Origin: Mytilus trossulus
Lineage: Eukaryota
Direction of reading: 5' to 3'
DNA length: 64,000 nucleotides
NCBI RefSeq assembly: GCF_036588685.1
Contig: NC_086378.1
Span: 17,856,001-17,920,000, forward strand
In this document: positions 1-11,540 of the stretch, piece by piece
Layout: each line of letters starts with the position of its first letter
How positions within the stretch are numbered: the stretch's first letter is position 1
Program-made: the position numbers and the translations under genes
Notes under the pieces: model-generated
What the model was told of the DNA's origin: nothing
The model's database searches: none
The model's input: only the letters and a program-made list of their open reading frames with translations

Positions 1-62
1 TCATGCATTGAATACATTGGATTGTATTTCCGTAATTTTTTTGTTTTCCTTTTTGTATGGCA

Positions 63-195
63 CATACCTGCCAACTTTTCAAAATGCCCATGTGGGTTTT
101 ATGTGCAATAGTACTTTAATGCTTTGTTCAAAATTCTCGACAAAATTGCTCTATCATAAAAAATAAATTGGAAGCTTTCATGGGGAACACCCCAC
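63..195 (+). mobile_element. Truncated copy of CATACCTGCCAA-TIR MITE family
   Basis: Begins CATACCTGCCAACTTTTCAAAATGCCCA; matches the copies at 40759 and (reverse) ~16477. Confidence 0.6.
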
Positions 196-2121
196 CGCCC
201 CCCCCCCCCCCCCCCCCCCACACACACACAAAAAAATACGTTAAATAACGTTATTACGTCCAATCCGAGTAATGATGTGCGACATCGTGTATGCAGATTC
301 AATAGTGGATTAATAATAACAAAAATACCAAACTTCAAGGAAAATCCTTTAAAAAAGGGTTACAAACCAAATTTAACTGACAGAAAAAAGAAAGGAAAAC
401 AATCATACATTTTTAAAATGCATACGTTGAATTGTGTCTTCTAAAGCCAGAAAAAACAAAAGAATAAGGTAAAATACTAAAAACAAAACTAATCTAACAA
501 CATTAATGACAAAACCAAATTATAACAAACTCAAGAAAAAAAAATCCGATTTCCATTCTCAATTTCATTACATTTGAAAAAAAACATTGAAATTAAATCA
601 TAAGGGACAAACAAACAAGCATAACTTAAAGATAGAGTTTTGCAAGTTATTTTCTTTTTCTAAACAAAACAATGTACAAGTAAATACTCTTACAATTATA
701 TATGTGTACAAGTAAAAACGACAGATATAAAAGTAAGGAGATCTTGTATGATTGTCATCGACCTGTTTTAAATAACTTAACCAAATACAAAAATAACATA
801 TAGCAACCAACGACAACCACAGAATCATAGGCACCTGATTACGTACCGCCAGAGAAGGAAGATTTGGAGGTTTTAACCCTCTCCTAACATTTTGTACTAT
901 AGCCTAAGAAAGAACAAAAACTTCATCTGAAATGGTTAACCTATTAGATTGGTTGAACCAAGAGACAAAAAACAAATAGGTTAAAAGACACATACAATTG
1001 TTCGAACAGAAGCTGTAACTAAAAGCTAGGTAAATTCCAATAAGTTAGAGCTAATAAACATAGTGATCATGGTGTGAACGCAGTTATAACAAAAATTAAA
1101 TCTACCTCAACAAAGGAGAGCGATCTTGTTTTACCTTTAACTTTTGTAAGATTTTTTTTTATGACTGTATTAGTGTTCCACGACAATATTTTCATTATCG
1201 CCATTAATTGTTTTAGTGCCGAGCAAATTCCAAAAGGCAATCAGACGTCATAGCAATTTCGAACAAGACGTGCAAATGACCACGAATTTTGATCTTTTTT
1301 ATACCCAAATAATAACTGAGAGCCACATGTTCACGTACGTCATCACGAGATGTTACATTGGGCCGACTGGAGCAAAGGATTGCTGGAGTATTTTAATGAA
1401 ACCCAATGTTGTGGTGAACATCATAATACACAGAACATAGCAAATGTTAAATGTCATATCAAGCCACTGATGTCTATTGTCGGCGAGTATAGACTTAAAA
1501 TATGACATTATGTTTATGTACATTAATGTTAAGTTCTTTAAGGAAACAATATAAATGGAGCCATGCGATATAACGGAAAATCAAACACCCTATGATAAAA
1601 AAAAAGTGTTACTCACGTGCTGGTTTGTAGATTCAAGATATGTTGTATTGGTCTAGAGGGCCAATACAGCTGACCGATAATTACTACAGGACCAATACAA
1701 AATCAGCATTTCCATAACAATTTTATCCAATAATTAAAACTGTACATCTGTAGAAGATAGTGGATTTTACATGGTTTTATATCTAGCTAAATCTCTCATT
1801 TATATGACAGTCGCATAAAATTACATTATATTTACAAAGATTTGTTATCAATACAAACAGAGTAACACTGAGGTGATTATTGTAATACTGACTCAAAATT
1901 GACAATGTATATGTGTGAATTAAAGACAAAATATCTATCAATATTTGTCAAAATTTAAATTGTTGCATCTTGAGATGTAGCGAGAACAAAATAGGAATAA
2001 GAACATTATTGTTTGATCAAACGAATAACCCTCGTTCCAATCCCCAGTACAGAATTAAAATTGATGATCTCAAAATATGTGTCTATTAAGGTAAAAGAAT
2101 AATGTGTCTCAAAATATATAT

Positions 2122-4112
2122 AAACAGCAGCGCCTTGAGCGCATGATACGCCCGACGCTTTTTCAAAGAATAAAGTTCAAAGACGTCTCAATGTCATAAC
2201 AGAAATCCATGAAAAACTAAAGGGAGGTTATCTTAATACTAGTAGATAAAACCCAGTCAAAAAGTTTCATGATAATTGCTCAAAGCATTGCCCGAAAAAC
2301 TGGATAATCCTCCCTACTTTTAAATTAAATCCTCTACTCCGAACTTAAAATCTACTGATTTTTTTTGTAATCGATAGGCAGTGACCCGGAGATTATGTCA
2401 ATAGATATAAACAATTCGTCAAAATTTCATGCTGCAAACATTTTTGAGTTATTGTCCGAAAACTCGAAAATCACCCTTTTTTAAATTAATAAAACTCCAT
2501 AATAATCTGAAAATTAAAAAAATCTACAGGGAACTCATGTCAATAGATATAGATAATTCAACAAAGGTTTTTCAAATTGATGGGAGTGTTTTTGAGCTAT
2601 TGTTCGAAAACATCAACCTTTTTAGCTCATCTGGCCCAAAGGGCCAAGTGAGCTTTTCTCATCACTTGGCGTCCGTCGTCCATCGTCGTCCGTCGTCGGT
2701 GTCGTCCGTTGTTAGCTTTTACAAAAATCTTCTCCTCTGAAACTACTGGGCCAAATTGAACCAATTTTGGCCACAATCATCATTGGGGTATCTAGTTTAG
2801 AAACTGTGTCCGGTGACCCGGCCAACCATCCAAGATGGCCGAATGGCTAAAAATAGAACATAGGGGTAAAACACAGTTTTTGGCTAATAACTCAAAAACC
2901 AAAGCATTTAGAGCAAATCTGACATGGGGTAAAATTGTGATTCAGGTCAAGATCTTTCTGCCCTGAAATTTTCAGATGAATCGGACAACCCATTGTTGGG
3001 TTGCTGCCCCTGAATTGGTAATTTTAAGAAAATTTTGCTGTTTTAGGTTATTATCTTGAATATAATAATAGATAGAGATAAACTGTAAACAGCAATAATG
3101 TTCAGCAAAGTAAGATTAATTTTACAAATAAGTCAACAGGACCAAAATGGTCAGTTGACCTCTTTAGGAGTTATTGCCCTTTATAGTCAATTTTTAACCA
3201 TTTTTCGTAAATCTTATTAATCTTTTACAAAAATCTTCTCCTCTGAAACTACTGGGCCAAATAAATCATCTTTGGGGTATCTAGTTTAAAAAATGTGTCT
3301 GATGATCCGGCAATCCAACCAAGATGACCGCCACGGCTAAAAATAGAACATATGTGTAAAATGCAGTTTTTGGCTTATAACTCAAAACCAAAGCATTTAG
3401 AGCAAATCTGGCTGGGGTAAATTGTTTATCAGGTGGAGATCTATCTACCGAGAAATTTTCAGATGGATCGGACAACTTGTTAATAGGTTGCTGCCCATGA
3501 ATTGGTAATTTTAAGGTTTGCTGTTTTGGTTATTATTTTGAATACTATTATATATAGATAGAGATAAACTGTAAACAGCAATAATGTAAAGCAAAGTGAT
3601 ACCTTGAAATAAGTCAACATGACCAAAATGGTCAATTGACCCCCTAAGGAGATATTGTCCTTTATAGTCAATTTTTAACAGTTTTCATAAAATTTGTAAA
3701 TTTTTACTAACATTTTCCACTAAAACTACTGGGCCAAGTTCACTATAGATAAAGATAATTGTTAGCAGCAAGAATTTTCAGTAAAGTAAGATGTACAAAC
3801 ACATTACAATCATCAAAACACAAAGTTGTCATGAATCCATCTGCGTCCTTTGTTAAATATTCACATAGACCAAGGTGAGCGACACAGGCTCTTTATAGCC
3901 TCTAGTTTAATGAAAAAAACAAACTCAGGAATTTAAAATATGAAAATTTATTAAAAAAAACGAAAGAGATCTAACAACAATAGATATAAACAATTCACTG
4001 AAATTTTATGCCATTTTGGTTTAAGCGTTTTTGAGTTATTATCCAACATGATGGCGATTGACGGATGGACGGATCGACAAACGGTCAGTCAACGGTATAC
4101 CTTAATACGTCT
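2122..4112 (-). mobile_element. Older Helentron/DINE-1-like element (host of nested insertion)
   Basis: GACG/GATG microsatellite at the right end (4060-4095). Internal repeat CAATAGATATA at ~2399, ~2541 and ~3978, on both sides of the insert. Confidence 0.5.
2619..3907 (+). mobile_element. Helentron-associated (HINE/DINE-1-like) non-autonomous element
   Basis: 5' TTTTAGCTCATCT-hairpin-GTGAGCT, (GTC/GTCC)n microsatellite, ~505-bp internal tandem repeat (2717, 3223, partial 3721), 3' subTIR AGGTGAGC plus AGGCT...AGCCT stem-loop, TT ends. Confidence 0.8.
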
Positions 4113-4271
4113 GGTAAACAGAAACATACAACAGTACACAAAACAAAAGATAGAAAACTATAAACTAAACTAAACGAACCTCATACAAAATTAGCGTGAT
4201 TTTAGGTGCTCCGGACGGGTAATCAGATCCTGCTCCACATGTTTCACCCGTCGTGTTGCCCATGCAAGTTA

Positions 4272-4843
4272 AGGATTATGACCCCTTCTGTAGCCATTTT
4301 TGTACGAATTTTTCCACTTCAATTGAATCAAAGCTACAGATGTAATGAATAATAGAGATAGGCCATTTTGTACATATTACAATGGGAAACTTGATGCAAA
4401 GCATTATTATTTATTGTTTAATTGCATTTAATAGATATAGAGTACTTTGTGGCAAATAAACCAAGATTTATATAGAAAATCCACAGCCTTTAATACAGAG
4501 ATTTTTGTTATAAAATTTGAAACATAGATTACTCACTTGCCTATTATGTGCTAGTGTTTATTTTTTACGAAAAGTTCTAAGCAACCTGTAAACTCCAAAA
4601 TACCTCGTGCTGAGTCACTAAAGTCGAACACACCCCAAAAGGTGTACTTGATTTGGTCCATTTTAATTTGTTTTAACCAATAGCTAGATTAATAAACTCA
4701 TTTTAAGGAAATCAATACATCAATAATCTTATATCTATCAATCATAAAATTGCCAAATATGAGATTACAAGGATAAATGCTGTGGATTTTCTACAAAACT
4801 TCCATATGTTTAACATTGAATCCATACAAGGGTACATAATCCT
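4272..4843. mobile_element. MITE (Kolobok-like ends)
   Basis: TIRs AGGATTATGACCCCTT / AAGGGTACATAATCCT with TTAA at the left end. Splits a dispersed repeat (4120-4265 / 4850-4950). Confidence 0.55.
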
Positions 4844-5194
4844 CTTTAAAAATCCGGTATTTAGTCAAATTCGGTAAGTCATATTCGTTGAAAAGGGGGT
4901 GGTATTGTAGTTACTACAATTGGAACATACCTGTTGTCATCTGTCAAACTCCACGGCAGTTCCAGTTCCAATCCGCATATGGGTCCGAATACTACTCTAC
5001 ACTACTGGAATAACAAAAACAAGAACTATCTTTAAAAAAGATATCCGACGTATTTAAATTTGAGTAATATTTAAAACTATTATTTTGATAACCTTTAGAA
5101 GCACAATGACTTAATGATGCACCATTTAAATAACGTTTTCTGTTTGTGTTCGGTATTCTCGGTCCTCGTATCTTTCTGTTTACATTCACCATCT

Positions 5195-6075
5195 TGTATC
5201 ATCAGTACACCGGATATAGGTACTAAGCAAGCGGGCATGATCGATTTTGACCTTGCACGGTACCGAAAATCTTTGTTTTGCTTGATCAATATTCAATGAA
5301 CATTTCTCAACATTTGAAGTTCCTGCTCCCGCTCCCAAATAATTTTCACATCGAATTGTTCCTATTCATAAAACAAATTTGATATTCTAATAAGAACAAT
5401 TAACTTGTACAAGCGCAAGTAGTTATGAATGTCAATACCAACTTTCAATTTCGATACAGTTGTTGAGACATTTACATGTTTTATTTGAAAGAAACCTAAT
5501 ACAGGGCAAACATAATAGTCACTAATCACAAATCTACCTGTGATTACTCATTCCTTTAAACATTTTGGGTAATAAACGAGTATAAAAATAATGTTTTTTG
5601 TACGGTGTACAACATAACTAGGCACCGTACAAGAGGATTTATGTGGTCAGCTTAACACCGTACACAACACTTTTCTTTGGATAAAACATCGAAAAATAAC
5701 ATATGTATGAAAGATTTCAATGCCAGTTATTGAAACAGCTATACTTATTACACACACACACACACTGACCTTCTATCAGAAAAAGAGTTGCAATGTATAT
5801 AGAATTATATCGGATGAGACGGGGGCCAACTTCTTTGACAAGTATTTGCACATGCTTTTACAATGTTTTAGTAATCCCTCTTGTTTTGGGAAAATAACAG
5901 GACATCTAGAGCTAACCATCAACCTACGACCAAATCATTTCTTAAAACAGCAATTATGTTTAGATTGAAGTACACATTGATATTATGTGAACAAAACAAG
6001 ATTTTCGTTACAGTGTAAGATCAAAATCGCTCACGCCCGCTTGGTTAGTACCTATATCCGCTGTACGATGATACA
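5195..6075. mobile_element. MITE with ~100-bp imperfect TIRs
   Basis: 5195-5298 is the approximate reverse complement of 5975-6075 (GTACACCGGATATAGGTACTAA... / ...TTAGTACCTATATCCGCTGTAC). Confidence 0.7.
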
Positions 6076-7541
6076 CGGTGTTCACCAAAACCCTGCGGAA
6101 ATCTCACATGCGCAGGTGCGTTCTTAAAGTCATGTACGTTCGAACAACAAAGTTTACATTAAAATTATATAATTGTCCTGAATAAACAGCTGTCATGGAT
6201 GCAAAGAGCTATTGAAGAAGCAATTATTTTAATAAAAATATATATCTTTGTAAGATCTAGTTCAAATATTTATAGTTTTTCACTTGCTTTCCATCACGAT
6301 ATAATTAACGAGACGTTTTTTCAAACACAACCAAATCACCCACCATGACAGCATTTTGTCCAATCACAGAAAGGATTTTCGAGCATGCGTATTCTGTTAC
6401 CATAGTTAAGCGTCCTTAAGGCCTCAGATCACAATTAATTCCCTTTGTTCGTGGTCTAGGAATATAGTTCCAAATTATAATATAGGGTATTTCTTCCCAA
6501 GTAATCTGTCTACTGTTTTCTTTGAAATGTTTACTATTTAAGTGGTTCTATCAGTTGCATATATATTGAAATAAGTAAACATGTATAAACAATTATTGTT
6601 GAATGTGAAAGTAATGATTTGGCCAAAATGAAAGTAGGGTAGAAATTAGCCTCCGTCATTTATTCAAGATTCAAATCCTACCATTGACATGTTTATAGGG
6701 CCCTCAAAAGAAAAAGCACTGATGGATTGTCCAGGGACAAGCATATCTTATTAGAATAACAAGGATTACATTTGAGCGCAAAGAGATCTCTATTTATGAA
6801 TCGGTTTATTAAAACCTTTGAACACAGGGTCGAAGTTCAAGATGTTAACATATTAACGGAAAATTTTAGCGTTGCTTTTACCATTGAGGCCAACTATTTT
6901 TATTGCGGGGTTTCACATATTTAAATCGGAATTATAGAAAAAATGAAATGTTGTTAGCAGAATCAAAACAGTAAATAAGGAACACTTGATTATTTTCAGC
7001 AATACATAGATTGGATTAAGGGGATATGTATTCACATTATTTGTAAAACTCTCCTTATTCATGTGAAGCTTGTGCTTTAATCGAGGCTTGCTATGCTTAA
7101 CATTGACGCCACAGTACTTCAACCAATCAGGGAATGTTTATTTGGGGCATTCGACCTATTGAACTCAGATTTTGGCACATTTTAATCGAAATTGTAGAAA
7201 AATGGAATATTGTTAGTACAAATAAAATAGAAAAATAAATACTTATAGCAAAAGAAAATTTGGATGGGGGTTCTGTGTATTCACATTATTTGTACAACTC
7301 TCCTTACTGATGCAATATTTTGGAATTTCCGTGACCTAAATGGTTCGCGAAAATTGATATTTTTATATATAGTATAGTAATAATGGTTTTTAAGTAGTTA
7401 AATTTATTTCTTGTTTGTGGCGGTGCAAATTTTTTAATTCACTTTGACCTTAACTAAAAAATGCATTGTAGCCAAGGGGAAGTATAATTGTGTTCTGAGG
7501 CATTAAGTTCAAAGGGCACAAACCGAAACTATACCGACTAT

Positions 7542-8209
7542 CCCCGGCGCCAAAAAACTATTTGAGTAAATTTTTTTTACTCAGCCTGAGAATTTTCTCA
7601 ATTTTTTTTATTCTCAGCAAAATACACCGCCATAAAAAAAAATCTCAGATTTTGTTTACTCAAAGTTAAGAATATTTGAGTATGGTCAAGAGCATACTTA
7701 AGTATCAAAAAAAATCTTAAATGTTGCTATTTAGGGTATTTGATATAAAATTACAATTGTTAATAATATTTTTTTTTAATTTTGAAGAACGTCACTATTC
7801 TACACAAACCAAGTTGTATCCAAAAAGAGCATACACATATTTATTCAGTCCAAAATTTTTGTTTGGTTAAAGTCGTCTTTTTCACATATTTTGTAGAATA
7901 ATTACTCAATTTTGTCAAAAACTGTAAAAATTGCCGATTTTTTTATGTTTTACATTGTTGATAAAGAGATAAAACCTTCGTTTTTGCGAAGTTTGTTACA
8001 CTTTTTAGTTTTCAAACATCTATTTTACCGCTTACATCACTGAAAAAAATTCTCGACTGAGAAAAAAAAATACTCAGCTGAGAATATTCTCAACGTTGAG
8101 AATATTTTTTTTATGGCGGATAAAAAAAGTTCTCATTCTTAGCTGAGTAAAATAATTAATTCTGAGAATATTTTTTTACTCAGAAAAAAAAAGTTTTATG
8201 GCGCCGGGG
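7542..8209. mobile_element. MITE with CCCCGGCGCCA TIRs and subterminal repeats (CACTA/CMC-like)
   Basis: CCCCGGCGCCAAAAAACT ... AGTTTTATGGCGCCGGGG, with many TGAGAATATT/ACTCAG subterminal motifs. Confidence 0.7.
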
Positions 8210-8229
8210 CCCGGAACGCAAACGATCAC

Positions 8230-9150
8230 TGTACGGAGTTTGGTCATCTGTGAAACAAATATTCATTAACGGTCAACCAACTTGTGATAGTGTTAATTAA
8301 ATTTACGATGGAATGAATTCAACTTCACAACATGGAACTCTTGATTTAATAGCTTCCTGGTAAGCATCAACACTCTATCAAGGAAATCATGATAGGAAAA
8401 TAAACTGGAGATGTATATTTCGTGCACTGTGAAAGTCTTGCATACAAATTACACAGGTTTAAACGAGTTTAGGATTGTTTGTAATTTCCAACCACATTTC
8501 TCAGTAAGCACATAATATCTAAACATGTCTTGAATTTAACCATTTTTTAATGTGTTTTAAAATGAAAAGGTTAGGGACGACATCAAAGGTCGGGACAAAA
8601 AAAAACTTAAATCAACCAGTTTAGGGGTGGGGGTCAACATTGCTGCAAGGTTTGTTAATCCAAATTCGATACATATATCCAATTAGGTAAATTATTTTTT
8701 CCTAAATTAAGTTAAGAGGGGGGCAGTAAAAAAATTATGTGAATTAAGTTTTTTTTTATCTACAATGAACTTCTGATGTCGTCCCTTAAGGAATAAAAGT
8801 CGTATTTCTAAGCTAAACACGAATCTAAACACAATCATAAAAAACATTGTATTGAAACACGTTAAGACCAAACACATGTAAAAAAAAGTGCACATAAGAT
8901 ATGCTTAGAATTGTGTTTAGGATCTAAACATCTGAACAGTGTATACAGGCGTTATACTGGAATAATGCTACATAGAAAGTTCACATTTGCGAAGCTGAAA
9001 TCATCTCGTTTGTCGTAAAGTTTGGTTAACAATCAATCCTTAGTGCCAATTTATAGATGTAAGTTCAGATATGAGGCAGACAATTAAAGGTATCTGGTGT
9101 ATCCATTATAACAAGCTCTACATGACAGATGCGTTCAACTTAGAGAACAC
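8230..9150 (-). pseudogene. Decayed Penelope-like retroelement RT C-terminal fragment, split by MITEs
   Basis: Minus-strand translations SASYLNL (~9060-9081), KLYDKRDDFSFANVNFLCSIIP (~8959-9023) and SYHDFLDRVLMLTRKLLNQEF (~8335-8397); has stops and frameshifts. Confidence 0.7.
8425..8941. mobile_element. MITE (CACTGT...ACAGTG) containing a nested MITE at 8571-8789
   Basis: Inner TIRs TTAGGGACGACATCA / TGATGTCGTCCCTTAA; the same inner family recurs at ~24006-24280. Confidence 0.55.
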
Positions 9151-10329
9151 CATTTATATAGCGGAAAGTGAGGTTAAAGGAAGCTGCAAAAAATTCAATG
9201 CCGTTACGCGGATATTAACATGCGAACTCTAGAAATGCCCGCATCAGTACGTAAGCCAGAGAGAGAAAATATGAACTTTGTTATAATTGACAATTACGAC
9301 AAATATAGAAGACGAAATCACAAGAAATACCCAGAAAATACTCGGCAATTACGTATTAATGATTTTAATGTGTTCCCGTTTTTATGGTATGTAAAAAGAT
9401 TTTCAAATCAACATTTTGGTATAAACAAAGCGCTTTTATCTTAGGTTTTTACTTCTTGGTTTTAAAGTATGTGAATACAGTGCGTTTTTATGACTTATCC
9501 TGCTCGAGATCCTTCTTCAATCTCCCCGTGGTGAGCTGAGGACAACAGTCATACACATGTTTTGATTGACAATTCATACGATTTGTACAACTGGCTAATG
9601 AAAGGCAGCAGTCCTTTTGTGCCAATCACTGGTTTTCAGGGGTATTGTTTGCGCCATATTTTGTTTTCAAAATGTATCAATTGCGCCAATATTCGGAACT
9701 CATTTGCGCCAATTTACCTTAAGGATGTTCACCTCTGAGGAGCCAAGAATTTCTAGAATTAAACTTTTTTTTAACCCGATTTTGGGGTTCATAAGACTGT
9801 AACAAAATAATTGGTGAAGAAAAAATCATATGGTGGCGCACTTCTTTTTTTGCTACGGCCCTTTGAAAATGACCAAATTTGATGATTTTCCCATTTTTCA
9901 TCTCGATATTTACCTATTTTTGGGGCTATTATCGTGAAAAAAATCACAGTTCCACAATTAAACTTTGTTTCATACTTTCTATAAAGATGAAGTGGACCAA
10001 TCTAAATAAATTTTACTTTAAAAAAACTATAGGTAGGTGTTAATATAAGAAAGTTTTATCATATTTTGACGCTTTTTTGTGTAAAATTTACCATGCTGTC
10101 CGAATTATCTATGTTTGTGATTTTTCTCAGTTTTTAGAACAAAGAGCATATTATTTCAACTTTTTTGTTATAAATGATTGAAAAAATACATATCTTAGAA
10201 ATTTGAAAAGACCAAAATGATATGGGATGTACATGATTCTTGTAAAATAATTTTTTGTATCCCTCACCCATTTTCCTAAAATTTTGGCTAAAAATACAGA
10301 CTTGAAATGTATAATATTAATAAAATATA

Positions 10330-11200
10330 CGGATATTTTTATTCTCATAAAGATACATAGTTACAGAGAAATTAGTATACAATTATAATACCATTATACT
10401 GCATGCGTAAAAAAAATATGGAATAAGACAGTTCATTTAATTGTGTATGTTAAACACAATGTAACTAACCAGGAGGGACGACAACTGATAATACATGTTT
10501 AATGAATCTTGCTAGTTTTTTCTAATACAATAATATCAGTTGATGAGAATAACTGATTATTTTGCAGTATTTGCATTTTTTTGACAATATTTCGGTAACA
10601 ATTTTTTCCTTTCTGAAATAAAAAAGTTACATACAATGCAGGTTCTTTCGTCTCTTTGAATTTTATGCCATCTGCCCGATTCAATGGGCAAACGATGACA
10701 GCCACATCTGAATATACATAAATAATACATAAGATATGAGGGTAATAACGACAAATAACGTTCAAAACAGAATTCATTCTTAAATAAACTATAACAAATT
10801 GTTTTACTTGAATTAAAAATGTCAGACGACCATTCTTGCTTAAATTGGTCTTTGAGTCTAAGTTCTACACAGTTTTCTATCCAATCTGTAGAAAAAAAAG
10901 AGACTGGAATCTCCATACATTTGATAGACCACAATTATCAAAAATGCTTTTAACAAATTTCAACCATTTGCTTTCAAAGCCATAATTCTCAAAATATATA
11001 AACAGCAATTTGTAAAGAATTGAGGAGATTTTTTCATCTTCCCCATTTACTAATCTACACCAAAATTTTATCATTCGCATTTTAACTGTAAGCGAGATCG
11101 GAAATCGTCCGAGTTCTCCATAAATAATGCTGTTTGGCGTTGTCTGCTTTAGGTTTAATATTATCTTGCAAAAACGCAAGTGTACTGATTCTGAATTACA
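10330..11200 (-). mobile_element. 5'-truncated non-LTR retrotransposon (LINE ORF2 C-terminus, RTEX-like; clade uncertain), frameshifted
   Basis: Overlapping ORFs 11179-10877 (FCKIIL...YGELGRFP...RMIKFWCRL) and 10934-10557 (FRCGCHRLPIESGRW...ERTCIVC). Confidence 0.8.
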
Positions 11201-11540
11201 ATCTGCATATTGACCTTTTTTTATTTAAATTTCAGCAATTAATTATTTTCTGATTAATTAGGAGTGAATGGTGTCTGTAAAGGCTAGTAAGCGGATATTA
11301 TTAGAAAACATGTCACGACTTGGATTAGAGGCTATTCAAACAGGGGTGTCAATAATTGCATGTAATATTTTTCAATAAGATTAAGTAATTTCTAATTCAA
11401 TTGTGATTAAATTACCCGGGGCGATTTTTCCATAGTAACGTTACATATTTCCTCGAATTAAAACTTTATATAAAAAGGTAACATCGATTTTCAAAAAGTG
11501 TGAATTTGTTTTAATAGCATAAGGACATACATAATTTATC

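Noticed and set aside
190-232. Poly-C/(CA)n tract as a G-quadruplex or Gly-rich ORF
   Set aside because: Simple repeat at a truncated MITE end; the homopolymer length is unreliable.
99-10348. Many 60-100-aa ORFs in the intergenic region
   Set aside because: No recognisable domains or consistent splice structure; many overlap repeats and are expected by chance.
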